64,000 nt of DNA, taken from assembly GCF_963921235.1 (NCBI RefSeq), contig NC_086109.1, positions 20,090,001-20,154,000 of the forward strand, read 5' to 3'. The stretch comes from Mobula hypostoma (taxonomy: Eukaryota). Below the pieces are notes generated by a model. That model did not search any database, was not told the origin of the DNA, and worked only from the letters and a program-made list of their open reading frames with translations. The translations under genes were made by a program, and so were the position numbers. Positions 1-13,965 of the stretch are shown here, one piece after another (the first letter of the stretch is position 1; every line of letters begins with the position of its first letter).

Positions 1-430
1 ACAATACATCAATCCCCAAAAGAATAAAACAAAAATGGAATAAAGGAAAATGCTACCACTGAAGACAATTAGAAGGAATAGAGCAAGTGATGGTCATTTA
101 GAATCAGGTTTATTATCACTAACATTTGTGAAATTTGTTTTGTAGCACCAGAATTACAAAAAAAATTGAGTTACAATATGAATAGTGTAAATCAGCAACT
201 CAGTGAGGTAGTGTTCATGGACAGTTCAAAAATCTGATGGCAGAGGGGGAAAAGCTCTGTCTTCAGGCTCCTGCACCTCCACCCTAATAGTAATGAAAAG
301 AGTTCATTTAAAGGCCAATGGAAATATTCTAAACTAGTGTTATCTACATTTGTGACCATGTCATAGAGTACTACAGCACAGTAGCAGGCCCCTTGAGCTA
401 GTACGAGCTAGCCAGGTTTTCTGTCTAGAC

Positions 431-512
431 CAGGGGTTCCCAACTTGGGGAACATGGACCCCTTGCTTAATTATATTGGCCCATGGCACAAAAGGAGGCT
501 GGGAAACCCCTG
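431..512. mobile_element. 82-bp hAT (Charlie-like) MITE
   Basis: Termini CAGGGGTTCCCAAC / GGCTGGGAAACCCCTG; 8-bp TSD GTCTAGAC (423-430) / GTATAGAC (513-520), matching the Charlie-type NTCTAGAN target preference. Confidence 0.85.
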
Positions 513-2994
513 GTATAGACCCATCTACTTGCACTTGGATCAGAGACCATCATCTCTCTCATCCATATACACATCCAATTTTCTCTTAACTGTTACAACT
601 GAACTCACAGCTACCACTTCCACTGTATGCAAACACATTCCAAGACGACCTCCACATTGGGAGGAAGAAAGCTTAATTTAATGGGATTTGTGAAGTCTGA
701 TGGTTATTCCTTGCTATCTTTATTGGCACTGAAATGAATACAAATGTAACACCTTTTGTTAATGCAGACAGGATCATAAATTACATTTTTCTTCTCTAGT
801 CTCACCCCAGCAAAAATGTCAGCCACCAAAATCAACTCACTCTCTCTCTCTACAGAAATACAATCAGATGAAGTATTTCCAGCATTTTGGTTTAGATTGG
901 CAGCATCTATCTTTTGCTTTACAGGTACAGTGCAATATTTTTACTTACAACAAAATGCTGAGCCTCTTGCCTAGTTGGCAACAGTATCCACTCAGATTCT
1001 GAAGATACGAATATTTGTCGTTAAAACAAGTCTATTACAAATGGTATGCAAATGTCAAATCATGAGCAACAATTATTCCAGACAAATGTTAGCCAAGTCA
1101 GAGGTTTTTGAAGATTTGCAGATACTCCAAGTATTGACTAGCAAAGTGACATTTCAATAGCACTTACAGGAAATTAGAAGGAAATGATTTTCAGTAATCT
1201 TATGTACATAGCTTTGATTCTAGATTATACAAGTATCATTGAGTTCGGGATAACATACAGCAAGAATAGAGTAAATAGAAATTCAGGTATTATGCCCAAG
1301 ACAAAGGTTGAATACAAAATAAACTTAACATGGAGGAAATTTCTCAAGATGGTACTCAGATTTTAAATTGAATATTGCCATAACATTTTAGTGCAAGATT
1401 ATGGACTTCCTGCAACAGGAGGATAAATGCAAAAGTTAAAAGCACTTCAAGACAGGGATATGAAGCTGTTGAGAGAGCAGAGGCCAAAGCATGGAGGACA
1501 CTAATGGGTCACGATTCACTGTCCTCTAAATATGGCTTTTCCATCTCCTTACCCCACCCCACAAGACTGAAGACATAAATAGCCTTTGCTCAAATCATGA
1601 ACTACTAGATTAATTCATCTAATCCCCTGGTATTTTGGGTTACCTCAATTTCAATAAAAAGTTAATTAGGACATCTCTAATATAAATGGGGAGGGAGGAT
1701 GTAGAAATGGTGGTAGAGATCAAACAAAAACAGCCAAGGTACACAAGGCAGATATCATGCTCAAGTTGTCCAAAATTCTGAAGACAGAAAAACACGATAA
1801 AATATTTCAACACAAGGTAGTGATAGCTGCATGAAGTGATGAAATAATTGGTAAGTGATTAAGCTAAGGCAGAAAGGAATGTTTGCAGCTGTGATGGCAT
1901 TGAATAAACTGGTTTCAAATCTGTCAATCAGCTGTAGTGGTTTTGATTCACATCTTATTATCCTTGCTCTACAAGCTCACCAATCCTTACTTGGCAGTCC
2001 CTTGACATATAAGCAAATGCAGGCAAGCAGCACACAAAAATGCCAATGCTCATTTATAGCATGTCAACGTATAGACTGAAGAACAATTAGTAAGTGCCCA
2101 CAGACCTTCAAGCCTACCTGCAAAAAGAAATGCCAATAGAACCAAGGATAAAAACTGCACATTAATTTCAATATTTGTACATGTCATGCTTGTGTGCTGG
2201 TCAATTCATCACTTCAATTGTTCACCTTCCCAGTTTCTCATCTGTTTCAATTCATCCATGCCCGCAGCACAGTTGGATGCTTTTCCACTTTAATTGCTCC
2301 AGTACACCCTACATTACAGTGGGGTTGCTTTCTTAGAAAACTATCCATATTATGATTTTCTATAACACAAACCTTTAACAATTATTGACAAAATTTCATT
2401 CATGTGTCTAGTATCCATTTTATCTCAAGTTCTGTCAAGAGCAAGTTTTTGTTCTGCATCTCAAATTTTTGCTAGTGATTTGTGAATTCTGTAGGGGTGC
2501 ATTTGCAACCCAAAATTTATTAATGTTTCAGTAAAGAGGAAAGTGCCAACTCCAAACCCATATGATTTAAATTATTTGTATATTAATCACTTACAACCAC
2601 ATCACAACACGCTGAACACAAAATTTAAAATTGTTCCACATGAAGCAGCATGTCTGAATTGGTCAATGAGTCAAGATGCCATCAATGAAATATTCTTCCA
2701 ACTTCAATTTGCATGAAGTACAAGCTAAATTCTCAAACTACAACATCCTCTTCTCATAATACATATAGGGTTAATTTATTAGAGACACAATGTTTGAAGC
2801 TACATCCTTCAAAGAATCTTCAATTTAAAAGTTTATTACAACAAAACTTATAATAAAAGCACAAAAAAATACAAATAAAAACTGATGCACAAAAAAGTTC
2901 TGACTTGGGTCAGACAGCATCTGTGTAGGAAGAGAAACAGTTAACATTTCAGTTCCAAGACTCAAAACTGAAAAGAATTGTGGATCAACTGAAG

Positions 2995-3500
2995 CAGCAA
3001 TATAAAGAAATTGGAGAATATACTGACTGGCTGCATCACAACCTGGTATGGAAATAACAAAGCTCTAGAACAGAAAATCCTAGAAAAGTAGTGGATATGG
3101 CCCAGTCCATTACAGGTAAAGCCCTCCCCATCACTGAATATACCTATACAAAACACCATCACAGGAAAGCAGCATCCATCCTCAGGGATCCCCTCCACCC
3201 CTCAGGACATGCTCACTTCTTGCTGCTGCCATCAAGATGGTGGTACCAGAGCTTCAGGACTCAAACCACCAGGTTCAGAAAGTTACTACCCCTCAACCAT
3301 CAAGCTCTTGAACCAAAGGAGGATAACTTCACTCAACTTCACTTGCTCCATCACTGAAATGTTCCTACAACCTATGGACTCACTTCCAAAGACTTTTCAT
3401 CTTATGTTCGATATTCATTTCTTTTTGTATTTGCTATGATTCTGCTATTATTATTCTAGGGATTTATTGAAAATTCCCACAATCTTGGGGTTGTATACAG
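2995..3500 (+). mobile_element. Rex1/Babar-like LINE 3' fragment (decayed RT C-terminus and 3' UTR)
   Basis: Frameshifted ENILTGCITTWYG and AASILRDPLHP...LLPS motifs, shared with other copies in the window. Confidence 0.7.
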
Positions 3501-4024
3501 CAGTGTATAATTCCTCCGTCAATAACTACTGTATAGGAATTCATAGAGTTTTATATTACTGTAGTGTATTGGTATTCTAATTTCTGTATTTCATTTAAAT
3601 ACACAATTTGTTAATCAGTTTGAAATTAGTTATTACAAGACTATTGAATGGTTCCCTACTATGGCAATTTGGGTTCAGCTTCACACAACTTCTTCAATGT
3701 GACAACACACCTTACTTGCACTGCTTTCTGTACTGTCACATTAACTTGAATGGATAGCACCATCAGCTCCACACTACTGAGTGGAATGGGAATAGTATTC
3801 CAGCGCTCAAATCACAAAGCTCATTTTATTCAACCATCTGGAATTTCTTTATCACTATTTATGACTCAAGGACATCCGATTTTTTTTTAAAACAGCAAAG
3901 TAATTGCATAACACATTTCCAGGTTGTAACAAGAAACACACCAGCATTCTGATGTGAAAAGTCAGCAAAATATTCTTTGTAATCATTAAGATTCTAACAG
4001 TGGTTAATGCAATGCTAATACATT

Positions 4025-4230
4025 TTGGGGTGCCGGATTTCAATTCCATTGCCGCCCATTTCCTCAGGGTGTTCCAGTTTCCTCCCACAGTCCAAAGATG
4101 TACCAGTTAGTAGGTTAATTGGTCATTGTAAATTGTCCATGATTGGGCTAGGATTAAATCAGTAGGTTGCTGGGCAGCACGGCTCATTGAGACAGAAGAG
4201 CTTGTTCCTCGCTGTATCTCAAAAATAAAT
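4025..4230 (+). mobile_element. V-SINE/HE1-like SINE fragment
   Basis: Core GGGTGTTCCAGTTTCCTCCCACAGTCCAAAGA...GGTTAATTGGTCATTGTAAATTGTCC recurs at about 31.2, 36.7, 40.1 and 49.7 kb. Confidence 0.7.
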
Positions 4231-5039
4231 TTTCTTCATTGGTTAATTTCAATTTCCAACATCTGCAACGTATTTGTACCTTGGCTCATGAACAAATTTG
4301 CTTCTACCAGATCCCGTTTCTTGACCATTTAAAAATCAAATGTCTTCCTTGCAGGAAAGTTGTATTTAGTTCACATCATTCCAATCAAATATTTTTGGAG
4401 ACCATTAAAAGATCTTAGCAGATAATCTTGCCCAGTGCAATATTAGAATGCTAGCTACATCCAATAGCCTTAACATTTAGACATATTATTCCATTCAATC
4501 AGATGCTAAAACACAAGTTGGTAGCACCATCCCTTAAAATTGACTGAATGAGACAGTTACAAGTTTTAAATCTACATTCCAAAATTCCGAAAGGACTTTT
4601 TCCACTGAAGTGCGTTCCAGTTCCGCACGTGTAATGGCACATTTGTGTGGTGTTGGTAGTTCTTCCTTTGCTAGATTGATTGCACACCAGAATGAAGGAG
4701 TATTGCACATTACTGAAGTTTACTGGTGCATCCAGTTACCAATGCTGTTAGCAGGATGCAGAGTGCAACATACATTCCAAGTACTGAGATTGAGAAAAGC
4801 AAACCCTAGTACATAATTTTTAAAAAGGGAGACATGCATCACATTAAATGTCCAGTTTACCAAGCTGAACTCATTGCCCCATCGCTCAGATGTTTTCTCC
4901 ATATCCAGCAAGGCTCAGCTTGCTAACCAGCATGGCGCTGAAACTCAGGTTCAAACCAGCAACAAGCAGACAAACAGCCCAAATCATACAGGCAAGCCAA
5001 AGTAAGTGTCAGTAATTATAAAGCTATCAACCATTCAAA

Positions 5040-5800
5040 TCCCAAAAAAGGTGGATGAATTATAATGCAGGGAGGTGTATGGTCAAGCACTTAGGTAGAA
5101 GGTATAAAGGCACAGAATATTTTCTAAATAGGGAGAAGATTCAAGGATCATGTGTAAAAGAACTTGGGAGTCCTCGTGCAGGATTCTCTAATAGTTACCT
5201 CGCAGGTTGATCTATGGCAAGGAAGTCAAATGCAATTTTAGTATTTGTTTTGAGAGGACTAGAATACAAGAGAAAGGATGTAAGGTTGAGGCTTTAAAAG
5301 GTATTGGTCAGCCTTGGAGTATTGTGAGCAGCTGTGAGCCCCTTATTTAAAAGATATGCTGGCATTGGAGAGGGTCTAGAGGAGGGTCAAAAGAATGATT
5401 GTGGGAATGAAAGAGTTAATGATGAAGAGCATTTGATGGCTCTAGTCCTGTACTCACCGGAGTTTAGAAAACTGAGGGGAGATTCTCATTGAAACCTACT
5501 GAATGTTGGAAGGCCTACATAAAGTGGATGTAGAGAGGATGTTTCCAAGGGCTTTTTTTTGGAGGGCCAGGCACCCATTTAAAACAGATGAGGAGGAATT
5601 TTTTTTAGCCAGAGTGGCGAATCTGTGGAATTCATTGCCACAGACAGCTATGGCAGCCAAGCCGTTGGATATTATTTAAAGCAGAGGTTGATAGGTTCTT
5701 GATTAGTCAGAACAAAAGGTTATGGGGATAGTAAGTCATCCATGGAATGGTGGAACAGATTCAATGAACCAAATGGCCTACTTGTGTTCCTATGTCTCAT
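5040..5800 (+). mobile_element. Decayed CR1 LINE 3' end
   Basis: Colinear similarity to the young CR1 at 21592-22840; many stops and frameshifts. Confidence 0.8.
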
Positions 5801-6214
5801 GATCGCTTGTCTCCCCCTCAACATCCATTGTCTTGTTGCTAAAGCAAGATGTAACATTTGTACTTGCAGCTTTTGCCTCCAGACTTGCTGTGTGCAAATA
5901 CTTTTTGCAGGCAAAGTAGCAATTCACATGTGCTTTAAATATTCTACACATACTGCACTGAACAGACAAAATTCAGACAGGACGACCAATTTTTGAAGTG
6001 TCTCTGAAGAATCCACAAACATCTTCCTATGTCCCCTTTGAGTTTGTATGAGGTGGGGTACCATAAGGATCAGGGAGAAGAGTCAACTTTAAACAAATTA
6101 GATTGAGCTATCCAAAAATCAATACCAACACTGCAAAGACAATGAATTTCCCAGGATGATATCAATGTTTATATAGTTCATGATTAACAGATTAAATATT
6201 AACACAAATTAAAA

Positions 6215-6620
6215 TGATTAACAGTTTGGTTGAGTGTACTCAACCATTTCTCCCTGGAGAGACAGAAGATGAGAAGTGACCTGATACAGGTATACAGGAT
6301 GAAGGACATGGATCAGTGGATAGCCAGAGGCTTTTCCCCCAGGGCTGAAATGGCTAACATGAGGGGGCATAGTTTTAAGGTGCTTGGAAATAGGTCCCCA
6401 GGGGATGTAAGGGGTAAATTTTTCACACAAAGTGGTAGATGCATGGAAGCAGATACAATAGGGTCTTTTAAGAGCCTCTTAGATAGGTACATGGAGCTCC
6501 AGAAAATAGAGGGCTCTGCGCTAGGGAAATTCTAGGCAGTATCTAGAGTAGGTAACATGGTCAGCACAACATTACAGGCCCTTTGGCCCACAATGTGCTG
6601 TAAATTTCTATGTTCTAAGT
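6215..6620 (+). mobile_element. CR1 LINE 3' fragment
   Basis: FSLE...DLIQVYR...RGHSFKV...GKFFTQ motifs; TTTCTATGTTCTA-type tail. Confidence 0.8.
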
Positions 6621-7259
6621 TCTAAAGGAAACAGCATTTAAGATTAACCCTACAGCCAAATGTACTAATTTTTTAGATTTGCAACGTACCTCAATCTCAG
6701 CCACATCGCAACACTGAATTTTTAATATTTTGTATAATAAGAGAGAGAATGCAAATTGAGTTTCAAACCTGTGCAACAGATAGAATTGCATCCTGTCTTT
6801 AACTCTGATCTTTGGGTTGGTGACCTTTCTCCCATTTTGTGAAAGGACTTGATACTAACAGATACTTAGAATAATTTACATCAATGATAACTGCAATTAT
6901 CAGCACTTCCTGGGACAATACAAACTGTACTTGGACAAGAATCTTTTAAAATGCAGTTATTAAAATGGATACTTCAAATGAAGCAAAGGCCACAAAATCT
7001 TTGTTTCCCTAATTAGTTAGTGAAATTCTATCAAATTGAACTAAAATTTGTTTGATATTCCCACAGAACTTTCAGATATCGTCTGGAACTAGCATCATGA
7101 CAGAATTCAATCTAGAAAAACTCATTATCAGCTGTTTGAGCTTCATGCTTTCAGATTTCCCTTCTCAACCCCCATTAATTATACATCATACAACCTATCA
7201 AATGTCATCAATATCACTAGCAGCATTGTATTTTTAAAACTGCATTAAGTCATAAAAAC

Positions 7260-8060
7260 TTGAGCAGTACACAAAATGCTGGCGGAAATCAACAAGTTAG
7301 GCATCGTCTATGGAGGGGAATAAAGTTATTTCAGGCAGAGATTCATCATCAGGGGTTAAACAACAGTTTAAAGTGGGGGAGGAAGGAGTACCAACTGGAA
7401 GGTAGTAAGTGAGACCAGGTGAGGGGCAAGATGGGTGGGTGATAAAGTAAAGGATTGAAGGAGGAACCTAAGTGAACCATGAAATAAAAGGGAAGGAGGG
7501 GAAAACCAAACGAAGGTGATAGGCAGGGGAGAGCAAGAATGGAGAATGGAAAAGGGAGAGGGGGAGTAATTCTTTTTTTTTGGCATGTGCCTGCGAGTCT
7601 GTGCGTGCGCGTCTGTGTGTCCGTGATTACGTCTTTTTCATGGCGCTTTTTTTTATATATACAGAGCGCTGAGCGAGAGAGAGACTGTGTGGCACACCAC
7701 TCCTCACACAGACATTTCCGCAGTATTTTCCCGTTGTTTTACGAGGTCGGGTTGCGATCTCGACACTCAACCCTGCACGGATGGAAAGTGTACCCGGGGG
7801 TGGACCCAACTAGTTTCAAACCCGGGAACCTCCGTTCCCGGGTCCAGCGCCAATGCCGTTGTGCCACCAGCTGCCCAGGGGAGTAATTCTTATTTCATGC
7901 CATCAGGTTGGAGGGTGCCCAGATGAAATGTGTTGTTCTTCCATCCTGAGTTTGCCTTATTATGGCAGTAGACGCAGCATGGAAATGGGAGGTCAAATTG
8001 AAAGGGATAGCTACTGGGAAATCCTGCTTTTGGCAACAACTGAGCAAAGGTGCTCGAAGA
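7260..8060 (-). mobile_element. Decayed Penelope-like element 3' part, interrupted by a SINE
   Basis: Terminal-repeat motif CACAAAATGCTGG...; purine-rich tract; GIY-YIG C-terminal remnant similar to 15300-15430. Confidence 0.7.
7575..7877 (-). mobile_element. Young tRNA-derived SINE with poly(A) tail and 14-bp TSD
   Basis: Minus strand has an A-box-like TGGCACAACGG and a B-box-like GGTTTGAAAC; T-run at the left end; TSD GGGGAGTAATTCTT at 7561-7574 and 7878-7891; CpGs retained. Confidence 0.85.
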
Positions 8061-11000
8061 GGTCCTAACCAAACCTAACACAAGACCTTTCTTGCAACCA
8101 TTGGAAGGAAGTTGGACACTGCCATTAGAAATATTCATTGCCTAGCAAATATTAGGAGCATTACATGCCAGTTATTAGCCAATTTTTTTTTCATGACTCA
8201 TAGTTATGAGCTATCCTAAGTGGTGGTACAATGTTCAATTCGTTTCGCAATCAAGTGAATAGGCCAATTCTGACCTTGGGAAGAAAAGAATGTGAAACAG
8301 CTGAAGCTGGGCACCATCCAGTAGAATTCCTGTGGATGTGTCCTGTAGAATTGAGCATCAAGCTCAAACATCTTTTCTTTAGGCCTGCCTAGCTTCCCCA
8401 ATTCTAATTCAGCTTTCCCCATTGCTCTTTATTGCCAAATTCAGTCAAATGCTGCTGAGATGTGGAGAGACAGCATTCTCACCATAGCTCAAGAATGCAG
8501 GTCCCTTAGCCATAGTAATTTATGGAAGTTACCAAAATTCAAATCAACTATATTGTCTCATGCTCCAGAGTTCAATTAAGCATGTGCTTGGCAAAGCAGC
8601 CAAAATAAAATTAAAGTTGTGGTTTTAAGCGAGGGACATTCAAAACAAAACACCAAGAATCAAGAATAGCACAATAATTCAGAATTACATTGTGACAAGT
8701 TGTAGCACTATAGAAGGGGGCAAAGAATTAAGAATCCTTAAAAATTAAGGATGCCACTGTGAATCAGAAGTCACAAACTAGATGACTGCAATGTTCTAGA
8801 AGATGGGTACTAACTAGAAGCTTTAGTCAACTTTATAGGAAACAAAGGTCAAAGTTTCAAATCAAGTGCCAAAACTGGCCCAGATTCACAAGATATTCAG
8901 GGGGTAAAAAATGATAATGTCATGGGTGGAAACATTCTTGAACAAGAATGACACGATGTAAATTTACATAGGACAATAGCAGAACTTATCAGCATCTGCA
9001 GTAGAAATATTACTGGCTAGTATTTTTAAAATAACTGAATCCAAGGCCATTGATCAGTCCTATCACAAGTTAAAAAGCGCCATTTCACAACACCTACTAA
9101 ACACAAATCTCACCATTATTTAATTGCTCAAGTTATACTGTTGTGAAACCATTTGGTCTTGTTATGTACAACAAGTAGCACAAGCGGAAACCATGCAACT
9201 ACCACCTGTGGCTGCAAACTTATATTTGGTCTCTAGCAGGAAATGGCAAATTACATTTATCACAGAAATTAAATTCAAATTGATGAAAAAATAGCAGCTC
9301 TTCGTTCTTTGAGAGTGTATCATGCAACCCCACAAAACCCCAAATTCATCAGACTATAGTTTGCTAAGGAAATGCAAGACCTGAAACCTGTGCAACCATT
9401 GAGAATCCGCTAGTTATTCTTGCTGGGACAGGAATTTATATAGGTACTCAATCATTGGTTATCTAGGTGGAAATCTTTCACAAAGATTTTAAGACAAGGA
9501 TGCAAAGGGTGAGAATTCTATCATCAACAAGAATGCAAGTGACTAAGCAATTGCCAGCAGTCATGCTCTGCACAAGCACAACTCCCTGCTAGTGTCAGAC
9601 TGTTTTCAGGACCAAGCTACATGCAACTACTTTACACTTGCTTCCTTTTGCCAGAAAAATAACCCTGGGGGAAGTTGCTGCAATTTGTTCCTGCTACTCT
9701 TTTTCTGATGAAGGGTCTCACCCTGAAATGCTGACCATTTATTCCTCTCCATAGATGCTCCCTAACCTGCTGATTTCCTCCAGGATTCCGTATTACTCTT
9801 TTTAAAGACTGTTCACTGGGTAACTTAAATGACAAAGTTAAGTCCCATACACAAAACAACCTCAAATTTACTGACAGCATTAGCAGTACATACCATTTAA
9901 ATAGACATGATTTATTTTAGCTGTAACTTGTCCCTTCTCAAGATGTCCCAGTTACAAACTGATGCTACTGCAAATGCATTGATCTTTGCAATTTGAATTC
10001 TATAGATTTGCAATTACATAATGGGAGAAAGGCCACCAACCCAAAGAGAATTGCAACCTGCCTTTAACTAACTTTCATTTGTTATACAAGTTTGAAGCCC
10101 AAATTATCTTCTCCCTTTCATCATAAAAAATATTAGAAGTTGAAAAATCCTCCAGTCCACGCCAAAAGCAATTACTGTACAGTGTACAACTCATGGGTAT
10201 GATCCATTTTCTATAAACTATACCCAGTTTATAGTCTGAATTCAGGGGACTGCAAAGGGATTAGTTGCATCACTGATGCATTATTCAAGGAGGGGCAGGA
10301 ACACTTGTAACAAAAATCAAATAGTTCATTCTGTGCATTGGATAGACTCTGCAGCTATTTCTACAATTCAAGAAATGCCCTGAGACACTTCTAGAACAGG
10401 GCTAAAGTAGCGAACTCACAGGATTTGAAAATCTAACAAGATCTGGCAGCTGCCAGGATCTCCCACGATGTAAAAACTAAAAGGCCAATTCCTTCCTTAT
10501 TCCATAAATGGGCCTTAACTATAGACTACTGATCTCCTGACAGGGAAATTATGCAAGCTTCACCAGGAGAACCCCCCCCCCCCGCAAAAAGAGACTCCAT
10601 TAACTTTCACTCTATGTGAAATTTCAGTAAAAAACAAAATCACTCATTCTTTCTAGTAATAGTCAATTTTTCTTCAGATTAGCCACAAGATCCAAAAGGA
10701 AATTGGCCAAAATTAAATGTAAGCATATCTTGCAGAGTAAATGTTTTAAAAATTGTGTTTTCCCTTGTAGAAGTCAGTACTGGTGCAACTAGATCTCTTC
10801 TGTACAGACCCATGCTAGAGACTCATTCGAAACCCAAATTCATCAACTACGGAGTCAATGTTTGCTCATACCACTCAAGACAACCCTTTCAAAACCATTT
10901 TGTCCTACACAATGGAGAAATTTCAACTGAAACTGAAGGTACAAGATTTTGCTTTTAACACACTATGGTAAGCTGTCAAATGCATTAAGTTCTCATTATG

Positions 11001-11124
11001 AATTTTGTCCAAAGTAGTATTGGGGGGGAGGGGCATTGCTCAAGTTCAAAGTTCAAACCAGCTGGCTACAGCAGGAGTTATATAACAGATTGTCATACAT
11101 GAATAGGCTTTCAAGAGACTCATT

Positions 11125-11960
11125 GTAACAAACAAAATGCTGGAGGAACTCAGGTCAGGCAGCAACCATGAGAGGAATAGAGTCAACATTTCAGGTTGAG
11201 ATCCTTCATTAGGATTGGAAAGAAAGGGGGAAGCAGCCAAAATAAGGTGGGGAGAGGGAGAAGCCAGGTGATGGGGAGATAGGTGGCTGGAGGAAAGGCA
11301 CCAGAGGGAGGCGATAGGCAGATAAAGAGGCAAGAGGGGAGCCAGAATAGGGAATGGAATGGGGCCGGGGGGGGGGGGCAGGTGAGAAATTATCAGAAGT
11401 TAGAGAAATTGATGCTCATTGAACAGAGTAGTACAGCACAGTACAGGCCCTTCGGCCCACAATGTTGTGCCAACCCTCAAACCCTGCCTCCCATATAACC
11501 CCCCACCTCAAATTCCTCCACATATAATAGTTTAGTAGTCTCTTAAATTTCACTAGTGTATCTGCCTCCACCACTGACTCAGGTGTGCATTCCACGCACC
11601 AACCACTCTGAGTAAAAAACCTTCCTCTAATATCCCCCTTGAACTTCCCATCCCTTACCTTAAAGCCATGTTCTCTTGTATTGAGCAGTGGTGCCCTGGG
11701 GAAGAGGCGCTGGCTGTCCACTCTATCTATTCCTCTTAATATCTTGTATACCTCCATCATGTCTCATCTCATTCTCCTTCTCTCCAAAGAGTAAAGCCCT
11801 AGATTCCTTAATCTCTGATCATAATGCATACTCTCTAAACCAGGCAGCATCCTGGTAATTCTCCTCTGTACCCTTTCCAATGCTTCCATATCATGCCATC
11901 ATAGAAGCTACATAGAATACAAGATGCTGTTCTTCCAACCCAAGAGCAACATCATCTTGG
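11125..11960 (-). mobile_element. Penelope-like remnant interrupted by a CR1
   Basis: Terminal repeat CAAAATGCTGGAGGAACTCAGG at about 11132; host sequence GAGAAATTGATGCTCAT resumes as TCATGCCATC after the CR1. Confidence 0.65.
11418..11890 (-). mobile_element. CR1 LINE 3' fragment
   Basis: ORF 11416..11760: EVYKILRGIDRVD...FKGDIRGRFFTQ. Confidence 0.85.
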
Positions 11961-12392
11961 CAGCAGATCAAAGTAAGCAGCAGAGAGTGGTAAAGTTAGT
12001 CAGCTCCATCAAGGGGACTAGCCTCCATAGTATCCAGGATATCTTCAAGGAGCAGCACCTCAAAGAGGTGGTGTCCATCATTAAGGACCGCCATCACCCA
12101 GGGCATGCACTCTTCTCACTGTTACCATCAGGATGGAGGTACAGAAGCCTGAAGGCACATTCTTTGCTTCTCAGGAACAGCTTCTTTACCTCTGTCATCC
12201 AATTTCTGAACAGACACTGAAACCCATGAATACTACCTCACTTTTTTTTTTAATTGTTTTTTGCACTAATATAACTATTTGACATGCATTTACTGTAATT
12301 CAGTTTTTCCTGAATCATGTATTGCATTCTACTGCTGCTGCAAATTTACAAATTTCACAACATATGCCGGTAATATTAAACCTGATTCTGAA
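11960..12392 (+). mobile_element. Rex1/Babar-like LINE 3' end
   Basis: SIIKDRHHPGHALFSLLPSGWRYRSL...NSFF motif; tail ATTAAACCTGATTCTGA. Confidence 0.8.
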
Positions 12393-13947
12393 GTCAACAA
12401 AATGAAGGAACAGTATTCAACATGGTATCTATACAACTGTGGACCAAGAACATCAAGCACAAATCCTAAACTGATGGCATATACTTCAAAGTGCAAAATT
12501 ATTCAAATACTAAAGATAGTTTAGTCAGAAAACAATTTATGATAACAATTATCCAGAGTGCCTTAGTCCACAAAGACTGGAACACTCCTTCAAAAATCCC
12601 AATCACTTTCTCATATCCTTCTACTTCCCACCCACATCCAATTACCCATCCAATTTAAAATTACAAAGTCCAAAAATCCATGAGCCTTATTTGTTGCTTT
12701 CAAACAGTTCTTGAATCTCTGGGTACTGCTGAACATCCTACAGAATGATTAACAACTTGCTAGATCTACAGCAAAGGCCATTTCTTTCTGGAGTTATTCT
12801 CACTGCACTCCTGGGCCCAATGAAAGCATTGCTACAACATGCATCTTGGCAAATTAATAATGGTGTTAACTTGCATATACAGACTATCACATCACTATAC
12901 ATTCATAGTGCACCGAAATTCTGTCAGGTTAACCGCAGTGAAGAAATCTCAAAATTTGTTCCCTCAAAAAGTTGGTGCTCTGCTATTCCCAGATGCAGTC
13001 AATGAATAAAAAAAGTACTGGCCACATCTTAAGCTGCACATACATTTTGTTGGTCCCATAACCAAGGACTCCTGAACACTTAACAGATGCCCAAAAATAA
13101 TCATGACTTCACAATAAACTTGGTTTATAATGACTTTTACTGCATCCTTAAATTACAAAAAAGCTACGGAGTAAATGGATCAATGGTATTAAGTACAATA
13201 CATACACAGCTCCTTAGTTTTAACTACCACTATATTGGTATGAAGAAGTTTGTACAACTGAAATGCCATATTCATAGACACTTGAAATCTTACTTGCCGT
13301 GATGTATTACTTTGCTTATATAAAAGCTTCAATATGCCTCAGGGCAGGCTGCAGTTTGTTGTGTTATATTTGGACATGGTACTGGCTATCTCACAACTGG
13401 AAACCTACACAGGATCTTCAGCAACACATTTGGAGCTTGTACTCCAAGTCAGTTATCTTGCAAGGAATAAAATACCATGGTAAAGAGAAGGATGGCTTTG
13501 TTAGTATTTGTGCTATAATGGGCTCAAAAAGGTAACAAGTGGTAAAGTTTTGCTTCCACAGTGCAGGCAGAGCAAAATAACGCTGCAAAGCCAAGGAGAA
13601 ACAGTCTATTTACTACAAGCAAGATAGCAACAATGAGAATAATAATACAGAGCAATCCAGGAAAATAGAAGTAATAATTTGAGGAAATGAGCTTCAAGTC
13701 ATTTTCACACTGCATGGCACAACTGCACCTAAAATTTACAAACAGCTTGGTTGAAGTTTTTAAAATGCCATTTACATTTCAAATCTGTCAAATTCATTAC
13801 GAACTGTTAATTGATCAAAGACAGATGATGCCAACCAGATAGCACAATTTTTAAAGGGATAATTTTTAAGAAATAAATGTGAATTTGATTCAAGGTTTGA
13901 ACTGAGAATTTGAATGGTGAACACCCAACCTCTCCCATATACTCTTA

Positions 13948-13965
13948 CACACACACACACACACA
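13948..13965. repeat. (CA)n microsatellite
   Basis: Directly visible. Confidence 0.9.

Noticed and set aside
7800..7877. tRNA gene
   Set aside because: A/B boxes belong to a SINE head flanked by TSDs; no complete cloverleaf evident
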